Assembly: GCA_043814055.1 (NCBI GenBank)
Contig: JBDRKL010000006.1
Location: 26,550-90,549 of the forward strand
DNA: 64,000 bases
Direction: 5' to 3'
Source of the DNA: an archaeon
GTDB lineage: Archaea; Undinarchaeota; Undinarchaeia; Undinarchaeales; JBDRKL01
Part shown: positions 27,488 through 38,232 of the stretch, one piece after another
Layout: the number at the start of each line of letters is the position of its first letter
Numbering within the stretch: the stretch's first letter is position 1
Position numbers and translations under genes: made by a program
The notes under the pieces: generated by a model
Told to the model about the DNA's origin: nothing
What the model saw: the letters and a program-made list of their open reading frames with translations, nothing else
Databases searched by the model: none

Positions 27488-27488
27488 T

Positions 27489-29084
27489 TCAGTACATCGA
27501 TCCAATATTATCATAGAATCCACCCATCAAATACAAGAACACAAGCACTGCAATTATCACCGCAATTCCGCAAATCGCCAATGTCTTCTCCAACGGCTGC
27601 TTGTTCTTGTACTGCTCCCACACGAAGTATCCTGCTGCGCCGATTGCAGTTGCGATTAGAATTCCAATTGTCAGCCCGCTGCTGTTTGTGGTCTCAGTTA
27701 TTATGTAAAACAGGAAGAATGATAGTATTGTCGCCACAAAGCTAAGCACAACTCTCCACGCGTTTTTCGTGCTGAAAATTAATGCTCCAATGCCAATGTA
27801 GAATAGTGTAAATAAAGCCAGTGGAAATCCGTTATATCCTCCAAGCGCGTAGATTCCAAAGTTCAGCACTCCGGCGCCGGCAACAACCCACTTAATCCAC
27901 TCTTTCTTGAACTGCTTAACCTTCACTTTTGAATTAAGTATAAACCAAAGCCCTGCGAGCATTCCAACAATTATGAGTGAAGGCACAATGTATTGAACAT
28001 AATCTCCTAGGGTCTTTGCGTTAGGCGCCATTGAGCTCTTATAACTTGTTTTCACGAACACAGAGTCTTCATCTAAATCCGCTAAGTCTCCGTCATATGT
28101 GAGCCATGTAGCATACTTTTGAGTGCTCAAATCATACTTATCTCTGTGCTGCCAGTTGTCAATCTTGGTCATCTTCTCAATTTCCATCACGCCGCTTTCG
28201 TCCTTCACAGCGTCCTTTGAGAAAACGTAAACATTCACATTGCTGTCGCCCTCGTTGATGCTTGACATTTTCATCGGGTAGAACGCATCCTCGGGCTGGA
28301 ATGTAATCTCAAGCGGGGTTGCAGTGCCTTTCTGGAGTTTGAGTATTGCAGTTACAACTTCAACATCCGCGCCTTTGCAGTCATCCTTTGTTTTCATCTC
28401 TGTCTTTATCAGGTCTATCTCATAATTGCTGCTGTCCCCGTCATAATACGCATAATTCTGGTTAAAATCAACATACCTCAGCGCTCTTGCGCACTTGTCA
28501 TCCCTGCCTTCCACATACTGCCCGTAATACTTGTTCTCCATGTCAATCCGGTTCGCCACGAAGTACACGTTTCCCATATCTACATAGTGCTCAAACACCG
28601 GAAGCGCGCTCTGCGGGACATTGTAATTGTAAGCGTTTAGCCAGTCAACTAGATCTTGTGCATCAGTTGCCTTGAGCATTTGAATATCATAAACTCCGAT
28701 TTCCTGGACTTCAACAAGGGTTACGCCACTCATAGATGATGCACCTATCATGTCTGTTTCAAGAATTCCTCTATTATATTTCGGATACTCCCTAAACAGC
28801 TCAGAAACCTCGTAGAAAATCTGCAAGTCGCCTTCTTCCACTATCGGCTTTGTGCTTGAGGGAATCGGGATAATCCACGCCATATCAAGCAATTCATCAG
28901 TCTGAACCTTTGTGGAAACAATCAAGCGTTCCTCTGCGCCGTCCCAGAATATGACTGCTTTCTGCTCGGGCAGGTACACGTGAGTGTCGTGGTTCGGCGG
29001 GTTCCAAATCATGCCTCCGTCTGCAAAAGCAGCCGGAGCCAGCAGTAAAAGTGTCAAAACTATTGGAATAAATGATTTGTTCAT
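27489..29084 (-). CDS. DUF2330-like secreted domain with C-terminal multi-TM region
   Basis: Signal peptide; QKAVIFWDG..ERLIVS..AWIIPIPS pattern; about 6 C-terminal TMs. Confidence 0.6.
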   Translation of the reverse strand: MNKSFIPIVLTLLLLAPAAFADGGMIWNPPNHDTHVYLPEQKAVIFWDGAEERLIVSTKVQTDELLDMAWIIPIPSSTKPIVEEGDLQIFYEVSELFREYPKYNRGILETDMIGASSMSGVTLVEVQEIGVYDIQMLKATDAQDLVDWLNAYNYNVPQSALPVFEHYVDMGNVYFVANRIDMENKYYGQYVEGRDDKCARALRYVDFNQNYAYYDGDSSNYEIDLIKTEMKTKDDCKGADVEVVTAILKLQKGTATPLEITFQPEDAFYPMKMSSINEGDSNVNVYVFSKDAVKDESGVMEIEKMTKIDNWQHRDKYDLSTQKYATWLTYDGDLADLDEDSVFVKTSYKSSMAPNAKTLGDYVQYIVPSLIIVGMLAGLWFILNSKVKVKQFKKEWIKWVVAGAGVLNFGIYALGGYNGFPLALFTLFYIGIGALIFSTKNAWRVVLSFVATILSFFLFYIITETTNSSGLTIGILIATAIGAAGYFVWEQYKNKQPLEKTLAICGIAVIIAVLVFLYLMGGFYDNIGSMY

Positions 29085-29086
29085 TA

Positions 29087-29929
29087 TTATTCAACGCCTT
29101 GGATGAGGCGTTCAAGTTCCATTGCATTCCACAGGTGCACGATTGCTATGATTTTTGGAGTCCTTCCGAGCTTGAGCGTGAGCTTCCGGTATTCCTGAAG
29201 TATCTTGCGCGCCATGTGCCGCTCTCTGTAATAGTCAACTCTGCGGATGATGTACGCTATTTTCAATTCGTCCTTGAGCCCCTTGCTGAGTGGCATTTTC
29301 TCAAAAATTGGGATCATGAACCTGTTCACGAACCTGTCCCAGCGCGTTCCCATCTTGCAGACTCTGCACGTGCTCACGTTGTGCTTGTATGGGTTCGTGG
29401 TGTGTATCGCGTGGTGGTGCATTATGCGCTCTATGAAATAGTACGGGTAGTGGAATATATCAGAGAGTTTCCAGAGTATGTCCGGCAGCTCCTTGCTTAT
29501 TATCACGTGCCTGGTTTTATTGATGTGCTCTGCCCTGAACTCTTTTTCAATATACCTCTCAACCTCTTCAAGCGGCATATCCATTGCAATCAGTTCAGCC
29601 CCAACATCCTTCGCAGCTTTCATCACGTGGATTTCCCTGCCTTCTGTCTCAATCACTTCAAGCTCCTCGTGCTCTATCTCGCCCTCAAGGAACTTGTCAA
29701 CAAGATTGTGGTCTACCCTGCGCTCCTCCTTCTGTATTGCCTTGAACAATCTCTTCTTGAGGTCTGGTATTCCAATCTTCCCTGAGCTGTAATCAGTGAG
29801 TATTCTTTGGAATAGGTCGTCCGGCAGCTCCAAAAAGACCGCGTCCGGCTTTTCCTTCCTGATTTGATGCGCCTCAAACACCGCATGCGCAGTGTCATAA
29901 ACGCCCTCTGCTATGATTCTTATGCTCAT
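29087..29929 (-). CDS. TraB/Tiki-like domain protein
   Basis: KEKPDAVFLEL, AAKDVGAELIAMD, RERHMA, IIAIVH. Confidence 0.5.
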   Translation of the reverse strand: MSIRIIAEGVYDTAHAVFEAHQIRKEKPDAVFLELPDDLFQRILTDYSSGKIGIPDLKKRLFKAIQKEERRVDHNLVDKFLEGEIEHEELEVIETEGREIHVMKAAKDVGAELIAMDMPLEEVERYIEKEFRAEHINKTRHVIISKELPDILWKLSDIFHYPYYFIERIMHHHAIHTTNPYKHNVSTCRVCKMGTRWDRFVNRFMIPIFEKMPLSKGLKDELKIAYIIRRVDYYRERHMARKILQEYRKLTLKLGRTPKIIAIVHLWNAMELERLIQGVE

Positions 29930-32900
29930 TGATACCTCCTGTGGTAATAGCTCCTGTACTGCTGCCTCACTTTATTCGCGTAATCTGGATGCTGCTTGTA
30001 GTAGTCTGCCCACTGTTTCTTAATCTGCTCTTCCTTGTTCAGAACCTTGCTTGCTCTTGGTCCAGTCGCAGGCGGTCTGCCTGTTCCAGCTCTTGGTCGT
30101 GTTGACATTGAGCTCGGCGGTATGTGAGTTGGAGTAAACCTCGGCTTTGGCGACAGTTTTTCAGGCTGTTCAACAAGCATCTCCAGCCCTATCTTCTTGA
30201 AGCCGTCCACAAGCCACGGCACCTTGTAAGCTGGGAGCCATCCCTCCCTCAGTGCGAGCACGAGCACTCCAAATACTAAAACGCTTATGATTACTATTGC
30301 AAGAGGGAGCATTGCGCTGCCACTCTTCTTTGTACTATCCTTTATCAGGGATTCTATGCCCTCTATTATGTCATCTGCATCAGTCAAGTATGAATTTGCA
30401 GTGCTTATCCAATCCTCGCCGCCAGAAGTGTCTCCTGCTGCGAACGCAACCTCTGCCGAGAGTATGGCATCCTCTGCATCTGCAAGCAAGCTTTGAGCAG
30501 CAGTAACGTTTGATCCAACCTTCTTCGCTATCTTGCTGCCCGGCCCTGCCTCTGCTAGGAGGTTTTCCAGCAGCCTTGTGAGCCTGTCGTGCTTGTCCCA
30601 CGCATCTTTAATTAAGTCTCCTGTGTTGTCAACAACCTTGTAGCTCACCTCAACTTCAACTTCATTGAGCTCAACATCATTTAGGTAGAATGTGAACAGT
30701 ATGCTGTCAGTGTATTCTCCAAGGTCATCTGGCGCAGTCAATGCAACAGTAATTGAGTCCGCTTCTTCCAGATCAAGTTCATCAGCGTCAAAGTCAAATA
30801 CTGTGGCAGTTGTTGAGGCTTCAACAGCCACCCCTTCAGTATCTCCACTGCTCATGTCAAGTGCAAATGTTTTTTCAACTATTGACCCGGCTGAGATTGA
30901 ATTAAGATTCCAGGCACTCGGGGTTACAGTCCCTTCCAGTGCACCGCCTGTTATGACGTATTTCACTGGGATTGCATAGTCCGCCATGTAGTCTCCCCTG
31001 AGTAGTATGTTTCCTTCATAATCCCCTGAGGATGCTGTTGGCAGAATATCAATGTCAAGGTCAATTTCTATTAAAGAATCAGCAGGTATTTCATCATCTT
31101 CATAGTCCACTTCAAGACTGGTGCCCAGCGCAGTATCCTTGAGCGCCCTGAAGTTTGTGATGTCCTGGTCTTCGTTCGGGTTTGTTATTGTGATTGTTTC
31201 TGTGCCTGTATCGCCCCTCTCAAATGAGCCAAGGTCAATGGTGTCTGGGTCAACAGTTACTGTAATTACAGTTTTTTCACCCACCTCAAATGCGATTACA
31301 GCGTTTGCATATATTTTCGGGTCATCCTGCGAAACAGCGGTAGCATTTATTATGAATGTGCCATTCCTGGTTAGGTTAAGCTCTGCAAAGTAGTATTCTT
31401 CAGTTTCGTTATACTCCATCTCGCCGCTGGGCGGCGTATAGTTCTCCGGGAACATAATGTTAAACTCAACAGAGGGATTGCTTATGTTAACGACTTCGGC
31501 GTAAAGCTCTGCTACTTCCCCTACAAAATATTCATCGTCATCCGAATCAAGATAAACCCTTTCTCCAGTGTCAACGGGTTCATACCCGTATTCAAAATGA
31601 ACCCCTCCTCCATATGGCGGGTACACAACAATGGCTTCTATGGCAAAGTCGCACTCGTCGCCTTCGCAGGGCAGGTCATCCAGCAACGCGTAATATTTCT
31701 TCGGCGCGTATCTCGCGAGTCCGATGATGTCACCTGATTTTGAAAGCTTGCAGCCATCTATCTCGTAAATCTGTGCAATTATCAAACCCTCACTGTCTTC
31801 TATATCAATTGATGTCTGTACGTTCAGCATAAGTGAAGAGCCATAGAAATTAACATCAACCGCAATCTCGCCAACATCTGTCTCTACAGGCTTGTTCTGG
31901 AAGTTGAACTCATAAGTGCCCTCTTCTTCAAACATGTCCTCGTCATACTCAAAGGCGTATGTTCCACTACTGCATTCATCCACGTAAACCAAGTCATCAT
32001 CCATGCAGTCACCAACTTCTTCGGCTCCTCTCCAAACAAGGCAGGGGAAATAGGGCTGAGTCACGTTAAACGCGTACATTGGCGCGTCCACGCTTCCTAT
32101 ACGTGGGAGTATCTGCTGAGGTGAAGTCAGTTTCGGCATAAACGGCGTGTAAATATAAAGCTCCTGTTCCTCAGACACTTTCCAGCCGTCGTCATCCTCA
32201 ATCGTGAGCGTTATCTTGTGTTTTCCAAGGCTCAAGCTGTCCTTCTTGAAGCTAGTGGCAAGCCCATTGTAAAGCTGACCATCCACGCTTGATACCCATT
32301 TGTAATATTGAATCTCGCCGTCAGAATCGGTCGCGTTTACATAGAAAGTTATGTTGACCTCCTCTTCCGATGGGTTAGGCGTTATTCGCATTTCATTGAT
32401 GACCGGGTAGTTGACTTGTTTTTTTATCTCAAGCACGGTCTGGTTGGCAGGGTAGGACAAAGCTCCTAGGTTGTCTTCCGCCTGCACTTTTATTATGTGG
32501 TCCCCTACTTCAAGCAGGCCGTCTTCTATGTACAGGTCATCTGTTGTTATAGTTTCCTTTGGCCCGTGGTAAATTACACCGTGGAGGTTTGAGGTCCATT
32601 TATACTTTGCAACGCTTCCATCATAATCAGTAGCTTTTGCCTCAAACGTTACCTCTTCACCTTGGTATGCAGAGTCTGGAGTGACTGAGAATTTCCATAC
32701 TTCTGGCAGGTCAGTCAGGATTATTCCAACTAGGTCATCGTACTCTTCCTTTGTTTCGTCTTTGGCATCGTAAACAGTGAGGGTGATTGTGTGATCGTTC
32801 GTGCTGAGGTCACCAATGTCTCCTTGCTTGGTTATGTTCATTTTAGGCCCATCATAGAGCACACCGTCAATGTCAGACTCCCACTTGAACATCAGTTCAT

Positions 32901-34311
32901 CATCATCCGCGTCAGTCGCAGTGCAGTTGAACTCCATATCTGAATCAACGTAAGCCGGGTTCGGAGTTATGCTAATATCATGTATTACTGGAGCGGTGTG
33001 CGGGGTCTCCTCTTGCAGGAAAACAAAAGTGTACGCAGTGTTCCAGTTAATCCCCACAACATCGTCACGTCCATTCCCATTCACATCACCCGCGTCAACT
33101 TTCCAGATTTCATAAGGTGAGTTAAGTTGGGCTGTTCCAAGTGAGACTGGCATATAATACAATGTGACTGAGCTTGACGGGTTCACGGTCTGATGCGCTA
33201 CAGCAATGTCATCTCTGCCATCATCATTGAAATCTCCAACCGCAACGTCTGTCGGTGTTGGAATGTCTGTAATTATGTGCCGGTATGTCGGGCTATTCTC
33301 AAAGCCATTGCCTTTGTTATATAATATGTAAACTTTCCCTGCCTGGTCATTGAACACGATGTCATTCTTTCCATCTGGGGTTCCGTCGTGGCTGATGTCT
33401 CCTATGCCAAGGCCAATGTGCAGGGCTCGGTTTGGTTCAATAGGCGCTGCAATGTTTGCTGGGATTTGGACTATCACATCCGGCTGGGTTTCAAATCCGT
33501 CATTCGTCGCCCCGTAGCTCCTCTGGAAGAACACGTTTATGAAAATCTGCCCAGTTGGACTGTTGCCCGCATTGTAGCACAGAATTGCAACTGCAATGTC
33601 CTCGCTCCCTGGCATTGACCCTATATTACCAAGCTCGCCGATTTCAATGTCCGTTATCTCGCAGTCCGCCTCATTCTGGCCTGGTACGCTCACGTCCATC
33701 TGCTCATCGTGCGCGCTGGTTCCTGAGCCATAGTCCGAGGTTCCATCCCTGTCATATACTCTTATCCTTGGCACTCCTCCTGTGTAAGTCAGTCCCAGGA
33801 TTATCTCCTCATCAAGATTTCCTGTTTCATACAGGTATAGCACGTCAGCAACGTCAACAGTTGTGACTTCATACCCATAAGGCAAAACATTAGTGGCTAC
33901 TTGAGTCCAGGAATTCATTGGCGCGTTAAATGAGTATATGTCACCTACTGTGTAAGGTGAGCTCTTAGACCATTGCGCAAAAACAACCTCATTGCCTGCC
34001 TGTCCCTCGTGCACATTCCCCACTCCTGTTTCCGTACCAAATCTATAACTGCTGCTCTCTCCTAGCTTTAGCCCAATCTGGTTGCTAGAGTAGCCCTTGC
34101 TGACAATTCCATAATACCCGCCATCTTTATAATATGATGTAACATCTCCTACACCGTCGTTGCTTACGTCATCTGCCCTAATAGCCTCGCCCTTATATTG
34201 CCCAGGCCATTGATAATCCGCCGAATTAGATGCAAACGGAAACGCCCCTGCGCTCGCGGCAAAAATAGCCAATATAACCAGCGCGATTGCAATAATTGCG
34301 TATTTCCTCAT
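29926..34311 (-). CDS. 1461-aa surface protein (FG-GAP repeats, PKD-like/Ig domains, C-terminal TM)
   Basis: GDFNDDGRDDIAV, GDVNGNGRDDVV; three W.S..DG.LY.G repeats. Confidence 0.75.
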   Translation of the reverse strand: MRKYAIIAIALVILAIFAASAGAFPFASNSADYQWPGQYKGEAIRADDVSNDGVGDVTSYYKDGGYYGIVSKGYSSNQIGLKLGESSSYRFGTETGVGNVHEGQAGNEVVFAQWSKSSPYTVGDIYSFNAPMNSWTQVATNVLPYGYEVTTVDVADVLYLYETGNLDEEIILGLTYTGGVPRIRVYDRDGTSDYGSGTSAHDEQMDVSVPGQNEADCEITDIEIGELGNIGSMPGSEDIAVAILCYNAGNSPTGQIFINVFFQRSYGATNDGFETQPDVIVQIPANIAAPIEPNRALHIGLGIGDISHDGTPDGKNDIVFNDQAGKVYILYNKGNGFENSPTYRHIITDIPTPTDVAVGDFNDDGRDDIAVAHQTVNPSSSVTLYYMPVSLGTAQLNSPYEIWKVDAGDVNGNGRDDVVGINWNTAYTFVFLQEETPHTAPVIHDISITPNPAYVDSDMEFNCTATDADDDELMFKWESDIDGVLYDGPKMNITKQGDIGDLSTNDHTITLTVYDAKDETKEEYDDLVGIILTDLPEVWKFSVTPDSAYQGEEVTFEAKATDYDGSVAKYKWTSNLHGVIYHGPKETITTDDLYIEDGLLEVGDHIIKVQAEDNLGALSYPANQTVLEIKKQVNYPVINEMRITPNPSEEEVNITFYVNATDSDGEIQYYKWVSSVDGQLYNGLATSFKKDSLSLGKHKITLTIEDDDGWKVSEEQELYIYTPFMPKLTSPQQILPRIGSVDAPMYAFNVTQPYFPCLVWRGAEEVGDCMDDDLVYVDECSSGTYAFEYDEDMFEEEGTYEFNFQNKPVETDVGEIAVDVNFYGSSLMLNVQTSIDIEDSEGLIIAQIYEIDGCKLSKSGDIIGLARYAPKKYYALLDDLPCEGDECDFAIEAIVVYPPYGGGVHFEYGYEPVDTGERVYLDSDDDEYFVGEVAELYAEVVNISNPSVEFNIMFPENYTPPSGEMEYNETEEYYFAELNLTRNGTFIINATAVSQDDPKIYANAVIAFEVGEKTVITVTVDPDTIDLGSFERGDTGTETITITNPNEDQDITNFRALKDTALGTSLEVDYEDDEIPADSLIEIDLDIDILPTASSGDYEGNILLRGDYMADYAIPVKYVITGGALEGTVTPSAWNLNSISAGSIVEKTFALDMSSGDTEGVAVEASTTATVFDFDADELDLEEADSITVALTAPDDLGEYTDSILFTFYLNDVELNEVEVEVSYKVVDNTGDLIKDAWDKHDRLTRLLENLLAEAGPGSKIAKKVGSNVTAAQSLLADAEDAILSAEVAFAAGDTSGGEDWISTANSYLTDADDIIEGIESLIKDSTKKSGSAMLPLAIVIISVLVFGVLVLALREGWLPAYKVPWLVDGFKKIGLEMLVEQPEKLSPKPRFTPTHIPPSSMSTRPRAGTGRPPATGPRASKVLNKEEQIKKQWADYYKQHPDYANKVRQQYRSYYHRRYQ

Positions 34312-37142
34312 TTATTCTCCATTATTTTCTTAAGAGCCGCCTTGAGGTCCTTAACCGGCTTGTCCGCTATGGCTCTTGCTGTATCTCCACTGGTTCTAGC
34401 GTTAGGATTGAGCATATTTAAAGTTTCCTTCGCGTTGATTCTCGCAGATTTTCCAACCACGAGAGCGGACTTGTCTGGAGAGCTAATCAGCACTGCAGCG
34501 TCCGGGTTTTTCCCAGTGATTGCGTTCGCAACTTTCATTCCCTCGCCAAAGTCTGAGAATTCTTTCGCAACAACCCGCGCAGAGCCAACCTTAACCGCAG
34601 AGCCCATCAACTCTTCTGCTTCTTTCTCCTCAAGCTCTCTGAGCGCTTTCTTCTCTGCTTTCCACTCTGTGAATATCAGCTCGGAAATCTTTGTCAAATC
34701 GCTCAGCGCTGAAACCCTTGCGCAGAACTCCTTCTCAGACGCGCCCCTGCGCTTCTTCGCGTCCATAATCTCTTTCAAAAACCTCTCAAGCGTGTTCGGC
34801 AGTTGAGCTTCCTGAACAGTCAGGACCTTTGCAGCTGTGTTCAGGTCTGAACTTTTAATATTAGCTTTGGCAAATTTCAAAATAACATTCTCGCATTTCT
34901 TCGCAAGCCCTTCCTCCTGCTTTCCTCTCTCCTCCAGGTGCGCTTTCCCAGCCACAAAGACCAATCTCACCACGCCGTCCTGTATCTTCTCAGTTTTGAG
35001 CAATTTGATTCCCTCAGCATCAGCAGTGCAGTCCAAGTGAGTTCCACCGCAGGCCTGCACGTCCCAGTTATCAATTTTCATAACCCGGATTTCTTTGCCC
35101 GGAACTGCCCCGCCTTGGTAGAGTGTAAAACCATACTCCTGCTCTGCCTTTGTGCGGTCAATGAAATCTTTTGAAATCTTCAGCTTGCCTTTAACTGCTT
35201 TGTTCGCAAGCTCCTCAATCTTCTGCTTCTGCTCTTCAGTGAGCGCTTCGTAATGAGTAATATCCAGTCTGCCCTTGTCCAAATCAATCTGCGACCCTGC
35301 CTGCCAAACGTGCTTGCCCAAAACCTGCCGCGCTGCTCCGCCAATTATGTGCGCTGCAGTGTGGTTCTTCGCGAGCTTCATCCGCCTGTCCCAGTCAATC
35401 TCAGCCTCAACTTCCTGCCCTTCCTTGAGCGAGCCCTTAACTGTATGTATTATTATATTGCCCTGCTTCTGAACATCTGTAACTTCAAACCCGCCCAACT
35501 TGCCCAAATCGCACAACTGCCCCCCTCCTTCTGGGTAGAACGCGGACTTGTCCAGCACAACTTTATCCTTGATAACTTTCAAAACGCGCGCCTTAAAGCT
35601 CTTCTTTTTCCAGTCCTTGTAATAAATCTTCTCAGTATCAGCAATCCCTTTCAGGTCGTATCCCTCTTTCTTCTCTGCGTTCCGCTCAACTTCAGGATGC
35701 CGCGCCGCGACCTTGGAGTAGAAATCATCAGGAATCTCAATGCTCTTGTCCGCCTCTTTCAGCAGTTCAGGGGTGACTCCCTGCGAGTCGTAGAGCTCAA
35801 GCAGCTCGTTCTCACTCACCTTTTTCCCTTTCATCTTCTCAACAATCCGCCTTGACTTGTCCCGCGTGCTCTGGTACTTCTTCTTTTCAACTTCAAGAAT
35901 CTTCTGCACGTCATCCAGATTTTCCTCAAGCTCTGGGAAAACTCCTTTCATTTCGCGCGCGTGCTCAGCGCAAATATCCGAAAGCTCAACATCCCAGCCA
36001 TAAGTGTCAATGAATCCAAGCGCCCTGCGCAGAATTACCCGCAAATTATAACACCCGCCGACATTTGAAGGCAAAGCCCCGTCGTTAATCGCAAAGAGCA
36101 GAGTCCTCGTGTGGTCAGCGATTGAGTACAAGCCTGAGAGCGGCAGTATAGCTTCTTTCAAATCTTTCACGCTCATGCCCACGTTCTTCGCAACTTTCTT
36201 CCAGCTCTTCTCAATATCCCCCTTCTCCATGTCCAAAAGTCCGGAGTGCGGGATGAACCTCTGAATCAAGTCCGAATCTTTTTTAACTCCAGTCAGCTTG
36301 ACGAGCTTTTTAATAACAGCCGGGAAGTTCGCGTCGTAGCTCGTGTCACAGCCCTGCGAAATCCACGCGCACCTCTCGTGCCCCATTCCCATGTCAAGCA
36401 CTTTCAAATTCAATTCCTTAATCCCCTTATCAGTAACCGCAGAGGTCATGTAAACCTGATTCCCGACCTCAAGTCCGCGAGCGTAGAACTCCATGCACGG
36501 CCCGAGGTTGCCCCCGCCGCCCCACTGGTCCTCGTGAAACTTTATCTCGTGCAGCGGCATTCCCATTCCTTTCTCAAGCCACTGGATTATGTGCGACAGG
36601 TAAGCGTTGACATCAAATTTCTCCGGCGGAACAAACGCGTGCTGTCCAATCATAACAAAAGAAGTGTGATGCCTTCCTGTAATTCCAACATTGTCAATAT
36701 CATTGAAACGCACGCAGGCCTGCGGAACAACCAGCGGGTTCGCCGGCGGCTCAACAGCGCCTGAGACCACGTGCGGCTGAAAATCATAAATTGAAGCGTT
36801 CGTCCAGTAAGTGTCGTCTCTCCAGCGCGCAACAACTGGGTAGCGCTTGATTGGCGTGTAGCCGAGCTTCTCAAACAATGAGCTGAATTCGCGCCAGACT
36901 CCAACAAAATCAAGCTTCTTCCTGGTCGGCGGGTCGCCTATGAACCTGTAGCCTCCAGAGCAGTCCGGCTCCCCGCAAATTTCACTATCCTCAAGAGTCC
37001 AGAAGTATTTCCCGCAGGACTTGCAGCACACCCTGTGGAAGCCTTTTGCTTTGAGCGTGTCCACTGCGTAGTAATCATCGGGCTTTTTGTCAGTCTTCTT
37101 TTTCAATTCGCCCTTGAGCTGCTTGAGGTTCATAAAAGGCAT
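34308..37142 (-). CDS. alaS: Alanine--tRNA ligase (archaeal type)
   Basis: YPVVARWRDD, RFNDIDNVGITGRH, DMGMGHER, HTAAH, ACGGTH editing motifs. Confidence 0.95.
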   Translation of the reverse strand: MPFMNLKQLKGELKKKTDKKPDDYYAVDTLKAKGFHRVCCKSCGKYFWTLEDSEICGEPDCSGGYRFIGDPPTRKKLDFVGVWREFSSLFEKLGYTPIKRYPVVARWRDDTYWTNASIYDFQPHVVSGAVEPPANPLVVPQACVRFNDIDNVGITGRHHTSFVMIGQHAFVPPEKFDVNAYLSHIIQWLEKGMGMPLHEIKFHEDQWGGGGNLGPCMEFYARGLEVGNQVYMTSAVTDKGIKELNLKVLDMGMGHERCAWISQGCDTSYDANFPAVIKKLVKLTGVKKDSDLIQRFIPHSGLLDMEKGDIEKSWKKVAKNVGMSVKDLKEAILPLSGLYSIADHTRTLLFAINDGALPSNVGGCYNLRVILRRALGFIDTYGWDVELSDICAEHAREMKGVFPELEENLDDVQKILEVEKKKYQSTRDKSRRIVEKMKGKKVSENELLELYDSQGVTPELLKEADKSIEIPDDFYSKVAARHPEVERNAEKKEGYDLKGIADTEKIYYKDWKKKSFKARVLKVIKDKVVLDKSAFYPEGGGQLCDLGKLGGFEVTDVQKQGNIIIHTVKGSLKEGQEVEAEIDWDRRMKLAKNHTAAHIIGGAARQVLGKHVWQAGSQIDLDKGRLDITHYEALTEEQKQKIEELANKAVKGKLKISKDFIDRTKAEQEYGFTLYQGGAVPGKEIRVMKIDNWDVQACGGTHLDCTADAEGIKLLKTEKIQDGVVRLVFVAGKAHLEERGKQEEGLAKKCENVILKFAKANIKSSDLNTAAKVLTVQEAQLPNTLERFLKEIMDAKKRRGASEKEFCARVSALSDLTKISELIFTEWKAEKKALRELEEKEAEELMGSAVKVGSARVVAKEFSDFGEGMKVANAITGKNPDAAVLISSPDKSALVVGKSARINAKETLNMLNPNARTSGDTARAIADKPVKDLKAALKKIMENK

Positions 37143-37169
37143 AGGGCATGGGTATTAATATAATTTATA

Positions 37170-37535
37170 TTAAGCAGATGTTTTCACTTCAATAAGCTTA
37201 TTTAAAATTTCAACTGCTGCAATGGATTTTTCAGCATTTAGCTTACCTAGAATTTTGCACACCCTCTTCTTATTGATAGTGAATAACTTATACGGTTTTA
37301 TCCTGCTTTCAAATTTTAGAAATCCATTCTCCATATCCGTGTTCTCTATGTATACGCTGTTCTTATCATCTTTCAGGTTGCTGGTTATTGCACAGCACAG
37401 AATGTCTTCATTGCTCCTGTTAAATGCATTGTTTGAAATGACAAGCGCGGGCCTTTTCTTTTCCACTGAAAGGTCTGTGAACTGAAATGGCACTAGCAGG
37501 ATGGTTCTTTGCTTAATATTTGTTCCAGCGTTCAT
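37170..37535 (-). CDS. PemK/MazF family toxin
   Basis: LLVPFQFTDLS..KKRPALVISN. Confidence 0.88.
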   Translation of the reverse strand: MNAGTNIKQRTILLVPFQFTDLSVEKKRPALVISNNAFNRSNEDILCCAITSNLKDDKNSVYIENTDMENGFLKFESRIKPYKLFTINKKRVCKILGKLNAEKSIAAVEILNKLIEVKTSA

Positions 37536-37773
37536 CGTATTTATTATCCCACACCTTTTTCAGAGACTCCTCAGAAAGCGCGCTTATCTCATAGCTCTCT
37601 GCGCTAATATTCAATTTTTCAAGTATGTCGTCTGTGCTTTGTATTATGAGCTTGTCATTCGCCGCGATTAAAACGAGCTTCGCTCCGGTCTTGAAGTGCA
37701 GTTCTTCCCGCATATGCTGTGGTATGCATATCTGCCCCTTCTCGCTGATTGTTACGGTTTTTATTTCTGCCAT
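37513..37773 (-). CDS. AbrB/MazE family antitoxin
   Basis: TVTISEKGQICIPQHMREEL; overlaps the toxin start. Confidence 0.85.
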   Translation of the reverse strand: MAEIKTVTISEKGQICIPQHMREELHFKTGAKLVLIAANDKLIIQSTDDILEKLNISAESYEISALSEESLKKVWDNKYDERWNKY

Positions 37774-37933
37774 ATTCTTATTTGTAAGAATATTTTTACT
37801 ACTATATAAATTCATTGTTTTTTTATATTATCCCTTTCTTTTTGAAAACAACAAAGCAGCCCAGTGCAAGAGCCCCGATTAAAACAGCAGCTGCCGCGCT
37901 TGTGTCGGGTGAGCTTATATTTGTTTTTCAGCC

Positions 37934-38089
37934 TCAATTTACAGCCAGATCTTTCTCGCATTCGCTATTCTCTTCAACCTTTTCAATCCTGTAATCCAAT
38001 ATGTCCTCATTCCTGCCAATCCTGCTGGAGATAATCTCCTCCAGCTCTTCCAGCGTTTTCGCCTCCACCTTGAGCATTACCAAACCCAT
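37934..38089 (-). CDS. 51-aa small protein resembling the C-terminal half of an Lrp/AsnC ligand-binding domain
   Basis: Manual translation MGLVMLKVEAKTLEELEEIISSRIGRNEDILDYRIEKV...; own TTATAA at 38114-38119. Confidence 0.45.
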   Translation of the reverse strand: MGLVMLKVEAKTLEELEEIISSRIGRNEDILDYRIEKVEENSECEKDLAVN

Positions 38090-38126
38090 GCTTAATTTGC
38101 TCGTGAATTTGCCTTATAAGCTTTCT

Positions 38127-38193
38127 TTAACTCTAGCGGGTTAATCCTGTGGTAAAAACCAGCACTTTTTCGCAGCTAACTCGCGGCAGTTAA
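38127..38193. promoter_or_regulatory. Two copies of the AACYCRCnnnRGTTAA motif upstream of divergent promoters
   Basis: 38127-38144 and 38176-38193, each 7-8 nt upstream of a TATA box. Confidence 0.6.
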
Positions 38194-38232
38194 AAAAAAC
38201 ATTTAAATAGGGCAGTTTGCATTTCTTCTGCT